Both the position numbers and the translations under genes were made by a program. From an uncultured Candidatus Saccharibacteria bacterium (GTDB taxonomy: Bacteria > Patescibacteriota > Minisyncoccia > Phycocordibacterales > UBA12088), in assembly GCA_964567265.1 (NCBI GenBank), contig CAZMLK010000001.1, positions 164,710-228,709 of the forward strand: a stretch of DNA of 64,000 bases, given 5' to 3'. Shown one piece after another: positions 9,520 to 19,972 of the stretch. Within the stretch, counting starts at the first letter, position 1. Each line of letters opens with the position of its first letter. Below the pieces are notes generated by a model that did no database searches, was not told where the DNA came from, and was given only the letters and a program-made list of their open reading frames with translations.

Positions 9520-10713
9520 TTACTTCTTTTCAATCTTCTTCCCAGTGTAGGAGAGCGTCATGCGCTGTTCTCCCGGTTCGAAGAGGGTGATGGTGAATGG
9601 ATAGCTCTTGCCGAGCTCGAGGGTCGCGCGGAGCTCCTCCTCGCTCTTCCACTCGCTGATGTGGACGAGTCCGGCGACACCTTCCTCGATTGAGGCGAGG
9701 GCGCCATGCTTGTTGTACTTGATGATCGCGGCATTCACGACGTCGCCCTTCTTGAACTTCTCCTTGGCCTGGTGCCATGGATTGTCGCGGAGCGCCTTGA
9801 TCGAGAGGGAGATCTTGCCGTCCTTGATCTCGATGATCTTTACCTTCACGTTCTCGCCGATCTTGTACATCGCCTTCGGATTCTCAACGAGACCCCAATC
9901 GATTTCGGAGATATGGACGAGTCCTTCGAGGCCGTTCTCGATCTTCACGAAGATGCCGAAGTCGACAGCACCGGTAACGGTACCCTCGAGGACATCGCCG
10001 ACCTGGTAGCGGTCAACCATGACTTCGCGCGCCTTCTGCTCCAAGCCCTTCTCAGAGAAGATGAGCTTTCCTTCCTTCGGATCGGCAGTAATGATCGAGA
10101 CCGCGAGGCGCTCGCCGACGAGGCGGCGGAGCTCGGAGAGGATCTTCTCCTTATCGCCGTCCTCTACACGCGGATAGTGCTCAGCCTTGAGCTGGGAAGC
10201 CGGAAGGAATCCAACAATGCCCTGCCATTCGATGATAAGGCCGCCCTTGTTCGCATCCTTGACCGGAAGCTCGAAGACCGTCTTGTTATTGATTGCGCTC
10301 TCTGCTTCGCTCCAAATGAGGGCCTGGCGGGCTTCCTTGAGGGAAAGCTCGATGTAGCCGTCCTTGTTCTCAGCATCCACGATCTTCGCGGCGATCGTGT
10401 CGTTCATGTTGACGCGGCGAAGGATATCGCGCGCGTTCAAGTACTCACGGCCGTAGATGATACCGGTGCCGTACGGAGGCAAGTCGACGTAGATCTTGTT
10501 GTGGCCAATGCCAACGACCGGACCTTCGATCAGGTCGCCTGCTTTCGGCTTTTCCGGACTCTTGTCCATGAGCGCCGTCATCGGGCTCTCCGGAAGGACC
10601 GGCAACACTTCGTCCATATCCTCTTCGACCACTGCGGCGCGGACCTTCTTCACTTTTGTTTCTTCCATATGGTGTTTCAACCGGCTCCGGGTGTTGTCCT
10701 CCGTGGCTAGCAA
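9520..10713 (-). CDS. rpsA: 30S ribosomal protein S1 (four S1 domains)
   Basis: Repeated S1 OB-fold motifs (G.V.G.V....G.FV.L..G..GL.H.SE), 397 aa; true start may be a downstream Met. Confidence 0.85.
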   Translation of the reverse strand: MLATEDNTRSRLKHHMEETKVKKVRAAVVEEDMDEVLPVLPESPMTALMDKSPEKPKAGDLIEGPVVGIGHNKIYVDLPPYGTGIIYGREYLNARDILRRVNMNDTIAAKIVDAENKDGYIELSLKEARQALIWSEAESAINNKTVFELPVKDANKGGLIIEWQGIVGFLPASQLKAEHYPRVEDGDKEKILSELRRLVGERLAVSIITADPKEGKLIFSEKGLEQKAREVMVDRYQVGDVLEGTVTGAVDFGIFVKIENGLEGLVHISEIDWGLVENPKAMYKIGENVKVKIIEIKDGKISLSIKALRDNPWHQAKEKFKKGDVVNAAIIKYNKHGALASIEEGVAGLVHISEWKSEEELRATLELGKSYPFTITLFEPGEQRMTLSYTGKKIEKK

Positions 10714-11182
10714 TAAGCGCGGACAAGGGTTACTCCGGGGTCGGGAACTGGTAATAGAATTGCTCGAAATGTATCCGAAAACGACCTTCTTGTCCAGCTG
10801 GGGTCCTTAAAATGACAAACGCCCGATATCCATAGGATTCGGGTCGTTCAGGTGTCCGTGAATCGGACAATTTTTTGGAAAGAACACCTCTTTCGAGGGG
10901 TCGTCGGGACCCGAGGGTCCCGACGGGGCGAGAGGTTTCCTGCGCCGGGCTGTGTCAGTGGCGAAGGGCAAATGCTGGGTTGTCGGTGTCGTCGGCGACG
11001 CGCATTGAGGCCTGGCTGCGCTCGGTCATGGCGGTGAGCTTTGCGGCGTGCGGCGAGTACGACTGCGGTCGATGATGCATCGGAGTCCTCCGACGAGGTG
11101 TGCGTGGAACGGATGTCCCACCACGTATTTGTATCAAATGTTCATGAAGGCTGCAAATGGTTCCAAAGGAAGCTGTGTATAG

Positions 11183-11222
11183 GTAAAAAAGGAAAGGCCC
11201 GGAGCTATGAAGCTCCGGGCCC
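11183..11222 (-). terminator. Strong Rho-independent terminator (minus strand)
   Basis: ggcccggagct-atga-agctccgggcc stem followed on the minus strand by UUUCCUUUUUU. Confidence 0.7.
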
Positions 11223-11507
11223 GTGTCGAGGTATCTAATCTCGACATTTTGACGCTCGCTCGCGTCGTGTTGACTGCCGCTGTGTTGCCCTGTGGCAAAC
11301 CGCAGCAATCGGCTGGAAACATTCGAGGTGCAATCGCCTCGCGTCAACGGCTACGCTACGCGGAGCCTAACGGCCGAGCCGAACCTTCGAAGAGCAGTTT
11401 AGTGACCATGCTCAGGTCTGTCCTCGGCAAACGCAGGCTTTTTGTTCGCTCACCCAGAGGGTGATGCAGAGCCGGCAGATGCCGATCTGGTCGCCGACGG
11501 CCTGGCC

Positions 11508-11603
11508 CTAGCTGGTCGTCAGGGCCGGCGCCGCGCCGATGTCGTGCAGGTTGCCGTCGCCGGAGCCGTCGTCGTGCGGACGCGCGCTGGTCAGGTCGGT
11601 CAT
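11508..11603 (-). CDS. Candidate small peptide gene (31 aa, MTDLTSARPHDDGSGDGNLHDIGAAPALTTS)
   Basis: ATG preceded by AGGAGG about 15 nt upstream, nearly 100% GC3 codons, inside an ORF-poor high-GC segment; speculative. Confidence 0.25.
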   Translation of the reverse strand: MTDLTSARPHDDGSGDGNLHDIGAAPALTTS

Positions 11604-11853
11604 GGTCTGAATCCTGTTCCTCCTGGAGGCCGGACTCAGTCCGGTGGGATCGTGATTCCGCATCGAAGTCTCCCTTCGTGGAACACAGGCGACAATCGCT
11701 GTGCTGGGAATAGTTGTAACAGGCACCACAGACCTTGTCAAGATATTTTAATCATGTCCTAATGCTCGCCAAAAAAAGCTTTCAAATATAGCTTTTCTGT
11801 CGGTTCATGAAAATTTCGTCTGTTTTTCGTTCATCTGCTATACTCAGGGGACT

Positions 11854-12498
11854 ATGGTCATCACCTACCACGGCGGAGAATTCTTCAAAGTCTCCTTCGG
11901 AGACACGACGCTCGCATTCAACCCGATTTCCAAGGATTCCAAGCTGAAGGCAGCCCGTTTTGGTGCTGATATCGCCCTCATCTCCCTCAATCACCCTGAT
12001 TTCAACGGTGCGGACCAGGTCTCCCATGGCGACAAGCAGCCGTTCGTCATCAATGGTCCCGGAGAATACGAAGTCGGCGGGATTTTCGTGAAGGGCTTTG
12101 CGTCGAAGTCAGAATACGGCGGGGAGGAGCGCATCAATACTATTTATCATGTCACCCTGGAGGGCATGAACCTTCTCTTTCTCGGCGCAGCGAACGAGAA
12201 GAAGTTCGGCCAGGAGCTCGGCGAGGCGCTCGAAGTCGTTGATATCCTCTTCTTGCCGATCGGAGGCGAAGGCGTCCTTTCGCCTTCTGACGCCAATGAT
12301 CTCGCGGTCGACCTCGCTCCTCATATCGTGATCCCAATGCACTACACCGGCGCTGCCGGTTCTCTCGGCACCAAGGACGCGCTCCAGGTATTCCTCAAGG
12401 AAGCGGGCGGCAATGGAGCCGGCACTGTCGATAAACTCACCTTGAAAAAGAAGGACTTGGAAGGGAAGGAGGGAGAGATCGTCGTCCTCACGTCATAA
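11854..12498 (+). CDS. MBL-fold metal-dependent hydrolase
   Basis: Beta-lactamase-fold pattern (HxHxDH-like LNHPDFNG, IPMHY), 214 aa. Confidence 0.65.
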   Translation: MVITYHGGEFFKVSFGDTTLAFNPISKDSKLKAARFGADIALISLNHPDFNGADQVSHGDKQPFVINGPGEYEVGGIFVKGFASKSEYGGEERINTIYHVTLEGMNLLFLGAANEKKFGQELGEALEVVDILFLPIGGEGVLSPSDANDLAVDLAPHIVIPMHYTGAAGSLGTKDALQVFLKEAGGNGAGTVDKLTLKKKDLEGKEGEIVVLTS

Positions 12499-12534
12499 TC
12501 ACTAGTCAAAATAGGGGCATCGCCTCACCAATGT

Positions 12535-12918
12535 ATGGAGCGGTTCTTTCGATACATAGAAGAGATGCGGACGCGGCCGCTTCCTGAGCGCAGGCGCTTC
12601 GCGCTCACGACTGCATTCATCTTCACGTCCTGCGTCGCACTCGTCTGGGCATTCCTCATCTTGCCGCGTTCGATCCGCCAGGCAAATGAAGATGCGCCGA
12701 AGACGGACATCGCCGAAAGCCTGCGAGATGAAAGCGCCAAGCCGAAGCAGGACGCGACGTCTCTATTTGCGGAGATGCAGCAGAAATACAATCAGGCGAA
12801 ACAAGGTATCGGGAATGCTGTGGGGCAGATAGCTTCGACCTCAGCTACGACTTCTGCTGACTTCGGAGGCGATGACGAAGTGCCACCGCCACCTCCTGCC
12901 GCTCCTGCCTGGCAGTAA
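12535..12918 (+). CDS. Hypothetical membrane-anchored protein with Pro-rich C-terminus
   Basis: One TM helix, C-terminal PPPPPAAPAWQ. Confidence 0.4.
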   Translation: MERFFRYIEEMRTRPLPERRRFALTTAFIFTSCVALVWAFLILPRSIRQANEDAPKTDIAESLRDESAKPKQDATSLFAEMQQKYNQAKQGIGNAVGQIASTSATTSADFGGDDEVPPPPPAAPAWQ

Positions 12919-13041
12919 TTGAAGGCCGTTTCGCGCATTCACTCGGGGCAATAATTGTTTTTTCATCAGGCGAAGTGCGTAACGATTTCCCCGTTCATGA
13001 ACTTTTAGAAGTACCGTTTCTATGCTAAAATAGCCTCATCT

Positions 13042-15507
13042 ATGGCGAAAAAGGAGCCGATTCAAGAGCCAGAACCGAGGGCCCCAGGCCTCGGCGTTAT
13101 CTCGCAGAGCATCTCCGCAGAAATGAAGGAGGCGTATTTGAATTACGCCATGTCCGTCATTACCTCGCGTGCGCTTCCTGATGTGCGCGATGGCTTGAAG
13201 CCGGTCCACCGCCGCATCCTCTATGCCATGTACCAGATGGGTTTGGCGCCTTCCGCGAAGTTCCGTAAATCAGCACAGACCGTCGGCGAAGTGCTCGGTA
13301 AGTACCACCCGCACGGCGATTCCTCCGTGTACGATGCCATGACGAAGATGGTGCAGGACTTCACCATGCGCTATCCGCTCGTGCTCGGCCAGGGAAACTT
13401 CGGCTCTGTTGACGGCGACCCTCCTGCCGCGATGCGCTACACCGAGTCCAAGATGGCGCGCATGGCGATGGAGCTCATGCGCGATCTCGAGAAAGAGACC
13501 GTCGATTGGCGTCCGAACTACGACGGCACCCGCAAGGAACCGATCGTTCTTCCGGCTGCCGTCCCGAACATCCTCCTCAACGGCACGCTTGGCATCGCCG
13601 TCGGTATGGCGACGAACATCCCTCCGCACAACCTCACGGAAGTCATGAATGCCGTCTCGCATCTCATCGACAATCCGGACGCGACGACCGACGAGCTCTG
13701 CGAATTCGTGAAAGGTCCGGATTATCCGACCGGCGGCATGATCTATAACGAGAAGGAGATCCGCCACGCCTACGCGACCGGCCGCGGTCCGATCGTTTCT
13801 CGCGGTGAAGCGGAGATCGTCGAGGACAAGAAGGGTAACTACAACATCATCATCACGTCGATCCCGTATCGCGTGAACAAATCGACTCTGATCGAGAAGA
13901 TCGCCGACCTCGTCCGCGACAAGAAGCTCGAAGGCATCAAGGAGCTGCGCGACGAATCCACCAAGGACATCCGCATCTTCATCGGCCTTAAGAACACCGC
14001 GCAGCCCCAGAAGGTCCTCAACTACCTTTACAAGCACACCGAGCTCGAGAGCGTCTTCCACTTGAACCTCGTCGTGCTCGTCGACGGCGTCCCGCAGACC
14101 CTGTCCCTCAAGAGCGTACTCGAGGAGTTCATCAAGCATCGCCGCGATGTCGTGAAGCGTCGCACGGAATTCGATCTCCGAAAGGCGGAAGAGCGCGAAC
14201 ACATCCTCCTCGGCCTCAAGAAGGCGCTCGACCATATCGATGAGATCATCAAGCTCATCCGCGCGTCGAAGGATGTGCAGGCCGCGCACGCCGGCCTCAT
14301 GGCGAAGTTCAAGTTCTCCGAACTCCAGGCGACGGCAATCCTCGAGATGCGCCTCCAGAAGCTGGCCGGCCTCGAACGGAAGAAGGTCGAGCAAGAGCTC
14401 GACGAGATCCAGAAGCTGATCGCGGGGTACAAGGACATCCTCTCTTCCTCGAAGAAGATCCTCGGCGTCGTGAAGACCGAGATCAAGGAAGTCACAGAGA
14501 AATTCGGCGACGACCGTGCGACCCGCCTGGTGAAGGGCGGCATCAAGGCGATGTCCGATGAGGATCTCATTCCCGATGAGGAGAATGTGCTCGTCCTCAC
14601 CGCAGATGGCTATGTGAAGCGCACGAATCCGAATGAATACAAGAAGCAGAAGCGCGGCGGCGTCGGCGTCATCGATTTGAATACCAAAGAAGAAGATTTC
14701 GTGACGATGTTCCTGACTGCCTCGACCCACAGCGACGTGCTCTTCTTCACCAACAAGGGCAAGGCATACCAGATCAAGATGTATGACGTGCCGGAGGCGA
14801 AGCGTGCGACGAAGGGCAAGGCCTTGGTGAACTTCCTCTCGCTTGGAAGCGATGAAGCGGTGACGTCAGTCCTCGCCATGCCGAAATCGGTGAAGGGGAC
14901 CGGCCTCTCGCTCCTCATGGTCACCAAGGATGGCGTAGCGAAGAAGGTCGCCGCGAAGAGCTTCGAGGACGTTCGCCGTTCAGGCCTTATTGCGATGACG
15001 CTTGGCAAGGGTGATGAGCTCATCCGCGCTGCCTTCGTCGAGAAGGGAGACACGATCGCCCTTGTCTCCGCGAAAGGGCAGTCGATCCGATTCAAGGAAA
15101 ATGATATCCGCGAGATGGGCCGGACCGCTGGCGGAGTCCGCGGCATGAAGCTCGGCAAGGGCGACAAGATCGTGGGTATCGATGTGGTGCCCTCAGGCCG
15201 CAAGGATGCGGAACTCATGGTCCTTTCTGAGAATGGATACGGCAAGCGGACAAAAATCGACGAATATAAAATACAAAAGCGCGGCGGATCCGGCATCAAG
15301 ACGGCGTCGGTAACAGCAAAGACCGGCGCGATCATGGCATCGCATGTGATCCTCGAAGACGAGGAAGAGCTTGTGGTCATCTCCAAGAAGGGCCAGGTCA
15401 TCCGGAGCGAGCTCAAGGAAATCCCGACCCTTTCCCGCGCGACGCAGGGCGTCCGCATCATGAAGCTTCGGGACGGCGACTCCATCGCGACCTTCATCTG
15501 CCTGTAG
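13042..15507 (+). CDS. gyrA: DNA gyrase subunit A
   Basis: [32 protein letters not shown] region, active-site Tyr context, C-terminal beta-pinwheel repeats; 821 aa. Confidence 0.95.
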   Translation: MAKKEPIQEPEPRAPGLGVISQSISAEMKEAYLNYAMSVITSRALPDVRDGLKPVHRRILYAMYQMGLAPSAKFRKSAQTVGEVLGKYHPHGDSSVYDAMTKMVQDFTMRYPLVLGQGNFGSVDGDPPAAMRYTESKMARMAMELMRDLEKETVDWRPNYDGTRKEPIVLPAAVPNILLNGTLGIAVGMATNIPPHNLTEVMNAVSHLIDNPDATTDELCEFVKGPDYPTGGMIYNEKEIRHAYATGRGPIVSRGEAEIVEDKKGNYNIIITSIPYRVNKSTLIEKIADLVRDKKLEGIKELRDESTKDIRIFIGLKNTAQPQKVLNYLYKHTELESVFHLNLVVLVDGVPQTLSLKSVLEEFIKHRRDVVKRRTEFDLRKAEEREHILLGLKKALDHIDEIIKLIRASKDVQAAHAGLMAKFKFSELQATAILEMRLQKLAGLERKKVEQELDEIQKLIAGYKDILSSSKKILGVVKTEIKEVTEKFGDDRATRLVKGGIKAMSDEDLIPDEENVLVLTADGYVKRTNPNEYKKQKRGGVGVIDLNTKEEDFVTMFLTASTHSDVLFFTNKGKAYQIKMYDVPEAKRATKGKALVNFLSLGSDEAVTSVLAMPKSVKGTGLSLLMVTKDGVAKKVAAKSFEDVRRSGLIAMTLGKGDELIRAAFVEKGDTIALVSAKGQSIRFKENDIREMGRTAGGVRGMKLGKGDKIVGIDVVPSGRKDAELMVLSENGYGKRTKIDEYKIQKRGGSGIKTASVTAKTGAIMASHVILEDEEELVVISKKGQVIRSELKEIPTLSRATQGVRIMKLRDGDSIATFICL

Positions 15508-15584
15508 ATTCATAGACATCTCATTGATTCTATGTTTTGATTGCTGGGAACACGGATGTACATTTCACCAAAAGGAGCACGATA

Positions 15585-15797
15585 ATGGCACTTCCCGCAC
15601 CACTTCCTGTTTTAGGATTTGACGATTTGCTGGCGAGACATGCGTCTACCAAGGTGAGGAAGCAACTTCCTGGGGTTGAGTATCGGCGCCCAAACCGTCC
15701 CCTCTATCATGCAGACGGTACGCTTGAGTGGACCTACGAAGGTGATCCTCGCTTGCAAAAGCGGCGGGCTACTCCGATGCCTGATCCAAAGCAATAG
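15585..15797 (+). CDS. Small hypothetical protein (about 70 aa)
   Basis: ORF followed by a strong terminator; no homology recognised. Confidence 0.3.
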   Translation: MALPAPLPVLGFDDLLARHASTKVRKQLPGVEYRRPNRPLYHADGTLEWTYEGDPRLQKRRATPMPDPKQ

Positions 15798-15816
15798 CGG
15801 AGGTTCAAATCCAGAA

Positions 15817-15860
15817 GAAAGGCCGCCCTGTGCGGATGCACAGGGCGGCCTTCACGTTTT
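15817..15860 (+). terminator. Rho-independent terminator
   Basis: aaaggccgccctgtgc-ggatg-cacagggcggcctt then cacgtttt. Confidence 0.65.
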
Positions 15861-15934
15861 ACATTCATTTCCGCGGCTATACACAGACCGCCCGCGCGCC
15901 TTCGGCGCGCGGGCGGTTATACTGTACTGTACCG

Positions 15935-16471
15935 ATGTTTGCAAAACCAGATACGATTCTCGGAGGCTTTGGAGTGGAACCTGGATGGCTGGTTGCCGAC
16001 CTGGGAAGCGGTGCTGGTGCATATACACTTCCTTTGTCAGATCTCGTCGGCCCATCTGGTCGCGTGTATGCGATCGATGTCCAGCCGGAACTCCTCCGTA
16101 AGGTCAAGGACCTGAGCGACAAGAACAGGCGGGAGAATATCGACATCGTGAGGGGTAATATCGAAGAAATCGGAGGGACGCATCTCAAGGATGCGTCCGT
16201 GGATGCTGTGGTGGTCTCGAATGTCTTCTTCCAAATCGAAGAAAAGGGAAGTTTCATCGCCGAAATAAAGCGCATCCTCAAGCCGCGGGGCCGCCTGCTC
16301 CTTTCGGATTGGGAAGATTCCTTTAACCACATGGGACCGCATCCCGATGCAGTCGTTCCGGAGGCAAAAGCGGAAAAGCTGTTCGGGCAGGCAGGCTTCA
16401 GGGTGGAACGTACCATTCCAGCAGGAGAACATCATTACGCCATTGTATTTAGATATATCCCCGAATCATGA
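15935..16471 (+). CDS. Class I SAM-dependent methyltransferase
   Basis: VADLGSGAGAYTLPL motif I, D/E-loop, about 178 aa; start trimmed to MFAKPD. Confidence 0.7.
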   Translation: MFAKPDTILGGFGVEPGWLVADLGSGAGAYTLPLSDLVGPSGRVYAIDVQPELLRKVKDLSDKNRRENIDIVRGNIEEIGGTHLKDASVDAVVVSNVFFQIEEKGSFIAEIKRILKPRGRLLLSDWEDSFNHMGPHPDAVVPEAKAEKLFGQAGFRVERTIPAGEHHYAIVFRYIPES

Positions 16472-17766
16472 AAGGCCCCAATTTCTTTCAAATAGGCATT
16501 CTGGTCATCTTTACGTTGTTCATCTTCGGGGCAGTGCTGTATTTTGCCCTCTTCAAGGGTGCAGGCGCCTTTGGTTCGGCAGGAAGCGTCGTGATCTGGG
16601 GAACGCTTCCTGCGAACATCATGATCGAGCCTTTGGCCACCATCAAGAAGAAGGAAAGCGGCCTTGATAGCGTTTCGTATGTCGAAAAAGATCCGCGTAC
16701 GTATGAGAATGATATCCTCGAAGCGCTCGCGTCGGGTAAGGGTCCGGACCTCATCCTCCTTTCGGAAGACCGGGTAATGGCCAACCTCGACCGTATCACC
16801 CTCATCCCGTATACCTCGCTCTCCGAGCGCACCTTCAAGGATACATTCATAGAAGAAGCCGACCTCCTCTTGTTCCCGAAGGGAATCGTGGGCCTCCCGT
16901 TCTACTTCGACCCGCTGGTGATGTACTGGAATCGCGACATGTTCGCGACCGCAGGTCTCGCGACACCACCTGAGTATTGGGACGAATTCTTCACCATCAT
17001 CCCGAAGCTGACCAAGCGGGATAACAACCAGAACATCCTCAGGAGCGGGCTCGCGTTCGGTGAATATGACAACGTGACCCACGCGAAGGATATCCTCGCG
17101 CTCCTCATGCTCCAGGCGGGGACGCCGATCGTAGTCCGGAATGGTGAAAAACTCTCGCCGAACTTCGAGCTCAATGTGGACGGCGGTAATCCGGATCCGG
17201 GCGCAGCTGCGCTCCGCTTCTATACGGAATTCTCCAATCCGATCAAGAACGTCTACTCATGGCACCGTGCCCTTCCGGAATCCAAGCAGATGTTCCTTTC
17301 CGGGGATCTTGCTATCTATTTCGGCTTTGCCAGCGAATATCGTGATTTGAAGCGTGCCAATCCGAACCTCAACTTCGACCTCAAGGTGGTCCCGCAGTCG
17401 AGGACTGCGAAGCGTCGGACGTCATATGGCACCTTGACCTCGTTCATGATCCCGAAGCTTGCAAAGAATCCGAGCGGTGCCTATATCGCGGAAACCATCC
17501 TGGTACGGAGCGATCCCTTGAAGATCTTCGGAGAGCGGACCGAGATGCCGCCGGTACGACGTGACCTCCTAGCGACCCCGCAGACTGATGCCTACAAGAG
17601 CGTGACCTACAGTTCAGCGATCATCGCCCGATCATGGCTTGATCCGGATTCCGACAAGAGCGATGCGGTGTTCCAGACCATGGTCAACCAGATAACTGCC
17701 GGACGGAAGGAGCTCTCAAAGGCGCTCACAGAGGCGGAAAGCGAGCTCGCAAATCTATTCCACTAG
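16468..17766 (+). CDS. Membrane-anchored extracellular solute-binding-protein-like protein
   Basis: N-terminal TM, YWNRDMF...PPEYWDEF pattern typical of family-1 ABC substrate-binding proteins; ATGA overlap with upstream gene; no permease nearby. Confidence 0.5.
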   Translation: MKGPNFFQIGILVIFTLFIFGAVLYFALFKGAGAFGSAGSVVIWGTLPANIMIEPLATIKKKESGLDSVSYVEKDPRTYENDILEALASGKGPDLILLSEDRVMANLDRITLIPYTSLSERTFKDTFIEEADLLLFPKGIVGLPFYFDPLVMYWNRDMFATAGLATPPEYWDEFFTIIPKLTKRDNNQNILRSGLAFGEYDNVTHAKDILALLMLQAGTPIVVRNGEKLSPNFELNVDGGNPDPGAAALRFYTEFSNPIKNVYSWHRALPESKQMFLSGDLAIYFGFASEYRDLKRANPNLNFDLKVVPQSRTAKRRTSYGTLTSFMIPKLAKNPSGAYIAETILVRSDPLKIFGERTEMPPVRRDLLATPQTDAYKSVTYSSAIIARSWLDPDSDKSDAVFQTMVNQITAGRKELSKALTEAESELANLFH

Positions 17767-17775
17767 TTTTATACT

Positions 17776-18144
17776 ATGTTCATGAACAGACTCCTCCAGC
17801 CGTGCGCACGCTTCCTGTCGGCGCTCGCAGTGCTCGCTCTCCCGATGGTCGCATTCGGCCAGACTCGATTCGCGAATCCTATTGCAGCCGGATCGCTCAC
17901 TGAGCTCCTTACAAAGGTCCTCGATGCCGCCATCTTGATCCTTTTCCCGTTCATCGTGCTCTACATCGTCTATGCGGGCTTCAAGCTCGTGACCGCTCAG
18001 GGAAATTCAACAAAGATAGAAGAAGCAAAGCGGCAGATCATGTACGCGCTTATCGGCGCAGTCATCGTCCTTGCCGCCGGCGCGATCTCGATCGCGATCA
18101 AGACGACGGTTGAGAATATCCGCGGCGAACCGTTCCCTACATGA
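17776..18144 (+). CDS. Pilin-like small membrane protein, paralog A (TrbC/VirB2-type architecture)
   Basis: Signal peptide plus two TM helices; first of six tandem paralogs. Confidence 0.55.
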   Translation: MFMNRLLQPCARFLSALAVLALPMVAFGQTRFANPIAAGSLTELLTKVLDAAILILFPFIVLYIVYAGFKLVTAQGNSTKIEEAKRQIMYALIGAVIVLAAGAISIAIKTTVENIRGEPFPT

Positions 18145-18479
18145 TGACCGTACGGAAACAAAAAGCAATGGCAGGAAAGCGTGTGGGAGTAATAGCAATC
18201 GGCATGCTTTCATTGGCGTTCCTGCCGGAGATTGCCCTCGCGGCAAGCTTCAAGCAATTCGTGTCGATCCTGATCGGACTCGTTGAGACGGCGACCTTTC
18301 TTCTTGGGACCATCCTCCTCCTTGTCTTTTTCTGGGGAATCGCGCGCTTTATTTTCAATGCAAGCAACTCCCAGAAACACGCTGAGGACAAGACCTTCCT
18401 TTTCTGGAGCGTGCTCTGCCTCGCGGTCATGTTCTCGGTATGGGGCCTTGTCGAGATCTTGCGAGTAACGCTCATATAA
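18141..18479 (+). CDS. Pilin-like small membrane protein, paralog B
   Basis: Signal peptide, FFWGIARFIF and WSVLCLAVMFSVWGL helices. Confidence 0.55.
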   Translation: MMTVRKQKAMAGKRVGVIAIGMLSLAFLPEIALAASFKQFVSILIGLVETATFLLGTILLLVFFWGIARFIFNASNSQKHAEDKTFLFWSVLCLAVMFSVWGLVEILRVTLI

Positions 18480-18491
18480 TTACTCTGGGAC

Positions 18492-18890
18492 ATGAGACAC
18501 TTCACTCCATTCCTTTCCATCGTGTTGCTCGCGTTCGCCGTTTCGGTGCCTTTGCCGACGCATGCGGCCGCTACACTCTTCGATCTCATCGCAGGCGCAA
18601 CCGGAGTCGTACAGGCATTCACCGGGGTGGCATTCCTCTCAGCGCTCCTCTTCTTCTTCTGGGGTCTGGCGAAATATCTCTATGGCGGTACTGATGATGC
18701 GAAAGTGTCCGGAAGGAGCCTCATGCTCTGGGGAACCATAGCGCTCACAGTCGCCGCAACCGTCGGAGGGCTCGTCGCAGTCTTCCAGGTGACCTTCGAT
18801 ATCGACGGTGTTGATCCTGGCGGGACGCATACCTGCGTGCCGGAACTCGGCGGGGCGCCGACGAAGACTTGCCGAGACAGTGATCCATAG
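18492..18890 (+). CDS. Pilin-like small membrane protein, paralog C
   Basis: FFFWGLAKYLYGG and LWGTIALTVAATV motifs shared with neighbours. Confidence 0.6.
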   Translation: MRHFTPFLSIVLLAFAVSVPLPTHAAATLFDLIAGATGVVQAFTGVAFLSALLFFFWGLAKYLYGGTDDAKVSGRSLMLWGTIALTVAATVGGLVAVFQVTFDIDGVDPGGTHTCVPELGGAPTKTCRDSDP

Positions 18891-18987
18891 CTCTGTGGAG
18901 AAGTAGGTGGACACAGAGGCGTTCCACGCTATGATTACAGGGAAATTTCTTCAGCCTCCGACTTTATCAGGTCACAGAACTCATCCA

Positions 18988-19380
18988 ATGAATGTCATGT
19001 CAAAAATCGGAACGGAAATGCACGTCACCCGCGTACGGGTTGCGGCATTTTTCTCAGTGCTCGGGGCATCCACTTTGCCGCTTCTTGCCTACGCACAGGA
19101 TGACGCGTTCGAAACCGCGAACAGTGTCGCCGACAGCCTCATCGAGATTGTCAACGCGCTTATCATCGCAGCATTCGGGCTCATCCTTCTCGCCTTCTTC
19201 TGGGGCCTTGCAAAGTACATCTTTGGCGGTGCCGACGAGAAATCGAACGGAAAGAGCCTCATGTTCTGGGGAGTCATCGCTCTTGCCGTCGCCGCATCGG
19301 TATGGGGCATTAAGTCGGTGTTGGTCACGACCTTCGGCATCGGGACCGATACCAGCGTGACCATACCATTCGCAGTCTAA
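18988..19380 (+). CDS. Pilin-like small membrane protein, paralog D
   Basis: AFFWGLAKYIFGG and MFWGVIALAVAASVWGI motifs; start trimmed to MNVMSK. Confidence 0.6.
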   Translation: MNVMSKIGTEMHVTRVRVAAFFSVLGASTLPLLAYAQDDAFETANSVADSLIEIVNALIIAAFGLILLAFFWGLAKYIFGGADEKSNGKSLMFWGVIALAVAASVWGIKSVLVTTFGIGTDTSVTIPFAV

Positions 19381-19478
19381 AATACCTCTATCCACAGCCC
19401 CGGCTTGAATTATGGCTTGGTGGAGGTATCATGAAGGGTAAGTCGGTCGGAATTAATACTTTTATTTACTAGTAGAAT

Positions 19479-19844
19479 TTGATTATGAAGAAATTTGTCA
19501 CTGCAGCAACCGCAATCGGCGCATTCGCACCTGCATTTGCTTTCGCTGCACCGCTTGCCACAGGATTCGGTCCTACACTGCAGGCTACTGTCGACACGAT
19601 TGGTGCCATCGTCAACGCCCTTATCCCGATCGCCTTTGCAGCAGCGCTCCTCTTCTTCTTCTGGGGTCTCGCCAAGTACCTCCTTGGAGATGCAACCGAG
19701 CACGAGAAGGGCCGCAACCTCATGATCTGGGGCGTGATCGCGCTTGCGATCATGGCTTCCGTGTGGGGAATCGCCGCTGTCCTCCGCACGACCTTCGGCG
19801 TCGGAGGAGATACCACTGCGACTGTGCCGAAAGTCACTCCGTAA
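19479..19844 (+). CDS. Pilin-like small membrane protein, paralog E
   Basis: FFFWGLAKYLLGD and MIWGVIALAIMASVWGI motifs; own -10-like TAGAAT upstream. Confidence 0.6.
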   Translation: MIMKKFVTAATAIGAFAPAFAFAAPLATGFGPTLQATVDTIGAIVNALIPIAFAAALLFFFWGLAKYLLGDATEHEKGRNLMIWGVIALAIMASVWGIAAVLRTTFGVGGDTTATVPKVTP

Positions 19845-19913
19845 TCTGGCCTGCCTGTCGTAAGCTAGACCTCAGCATCTCTCCATTGCCAGTGCACTCG
19901 GAAGATCTGGCGA

Positions 19914-19952
19914 ACCGGGCCAACGATGCGAATCGTTGGCCCGGTTTCGGGT
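19914..19952 (+). terminator. Intra-array terminator/attenuator hairpin
   Basis: ccgggccaacgat-gcgaa-tcgttggcccgg then tttcgg. Confidence 0.5.
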
Positions 19953-19972
19953 CTGGAGGCAGCCTCCTGTAC

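Noticed and set aside
9706-10710. 334-aa plus-strand ORF
   Set aside because: Antisense shadow of rpsA. Asp/Leu-rich, no start context.
11442-11762. 106-aa plus-strand ORF in the high-GC segment
   Set aside because: Arg/Ala/Gly-rich low-complexity product with no start context. Likely a GC-driven open frame.
10714-11853. RNase P RNA, tmRNA or SRP RNA in the large intergenic gap
   Set aside because: Searched by eye for GGAAAGUCCGGGCUCC, the tmRNA tRNA-like end and the SRP GGUCAGGUCCGGAAGG motif. Only partial chance matches, so not called. Retained only as an unexplained region in findings.
13270-14730. 486-aa and neighbouring minus-strand ORFs inside gyrA
   Set aside because: Antisense of gyrA, a confidently identified gene. 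Repetitive low-complexity translation.
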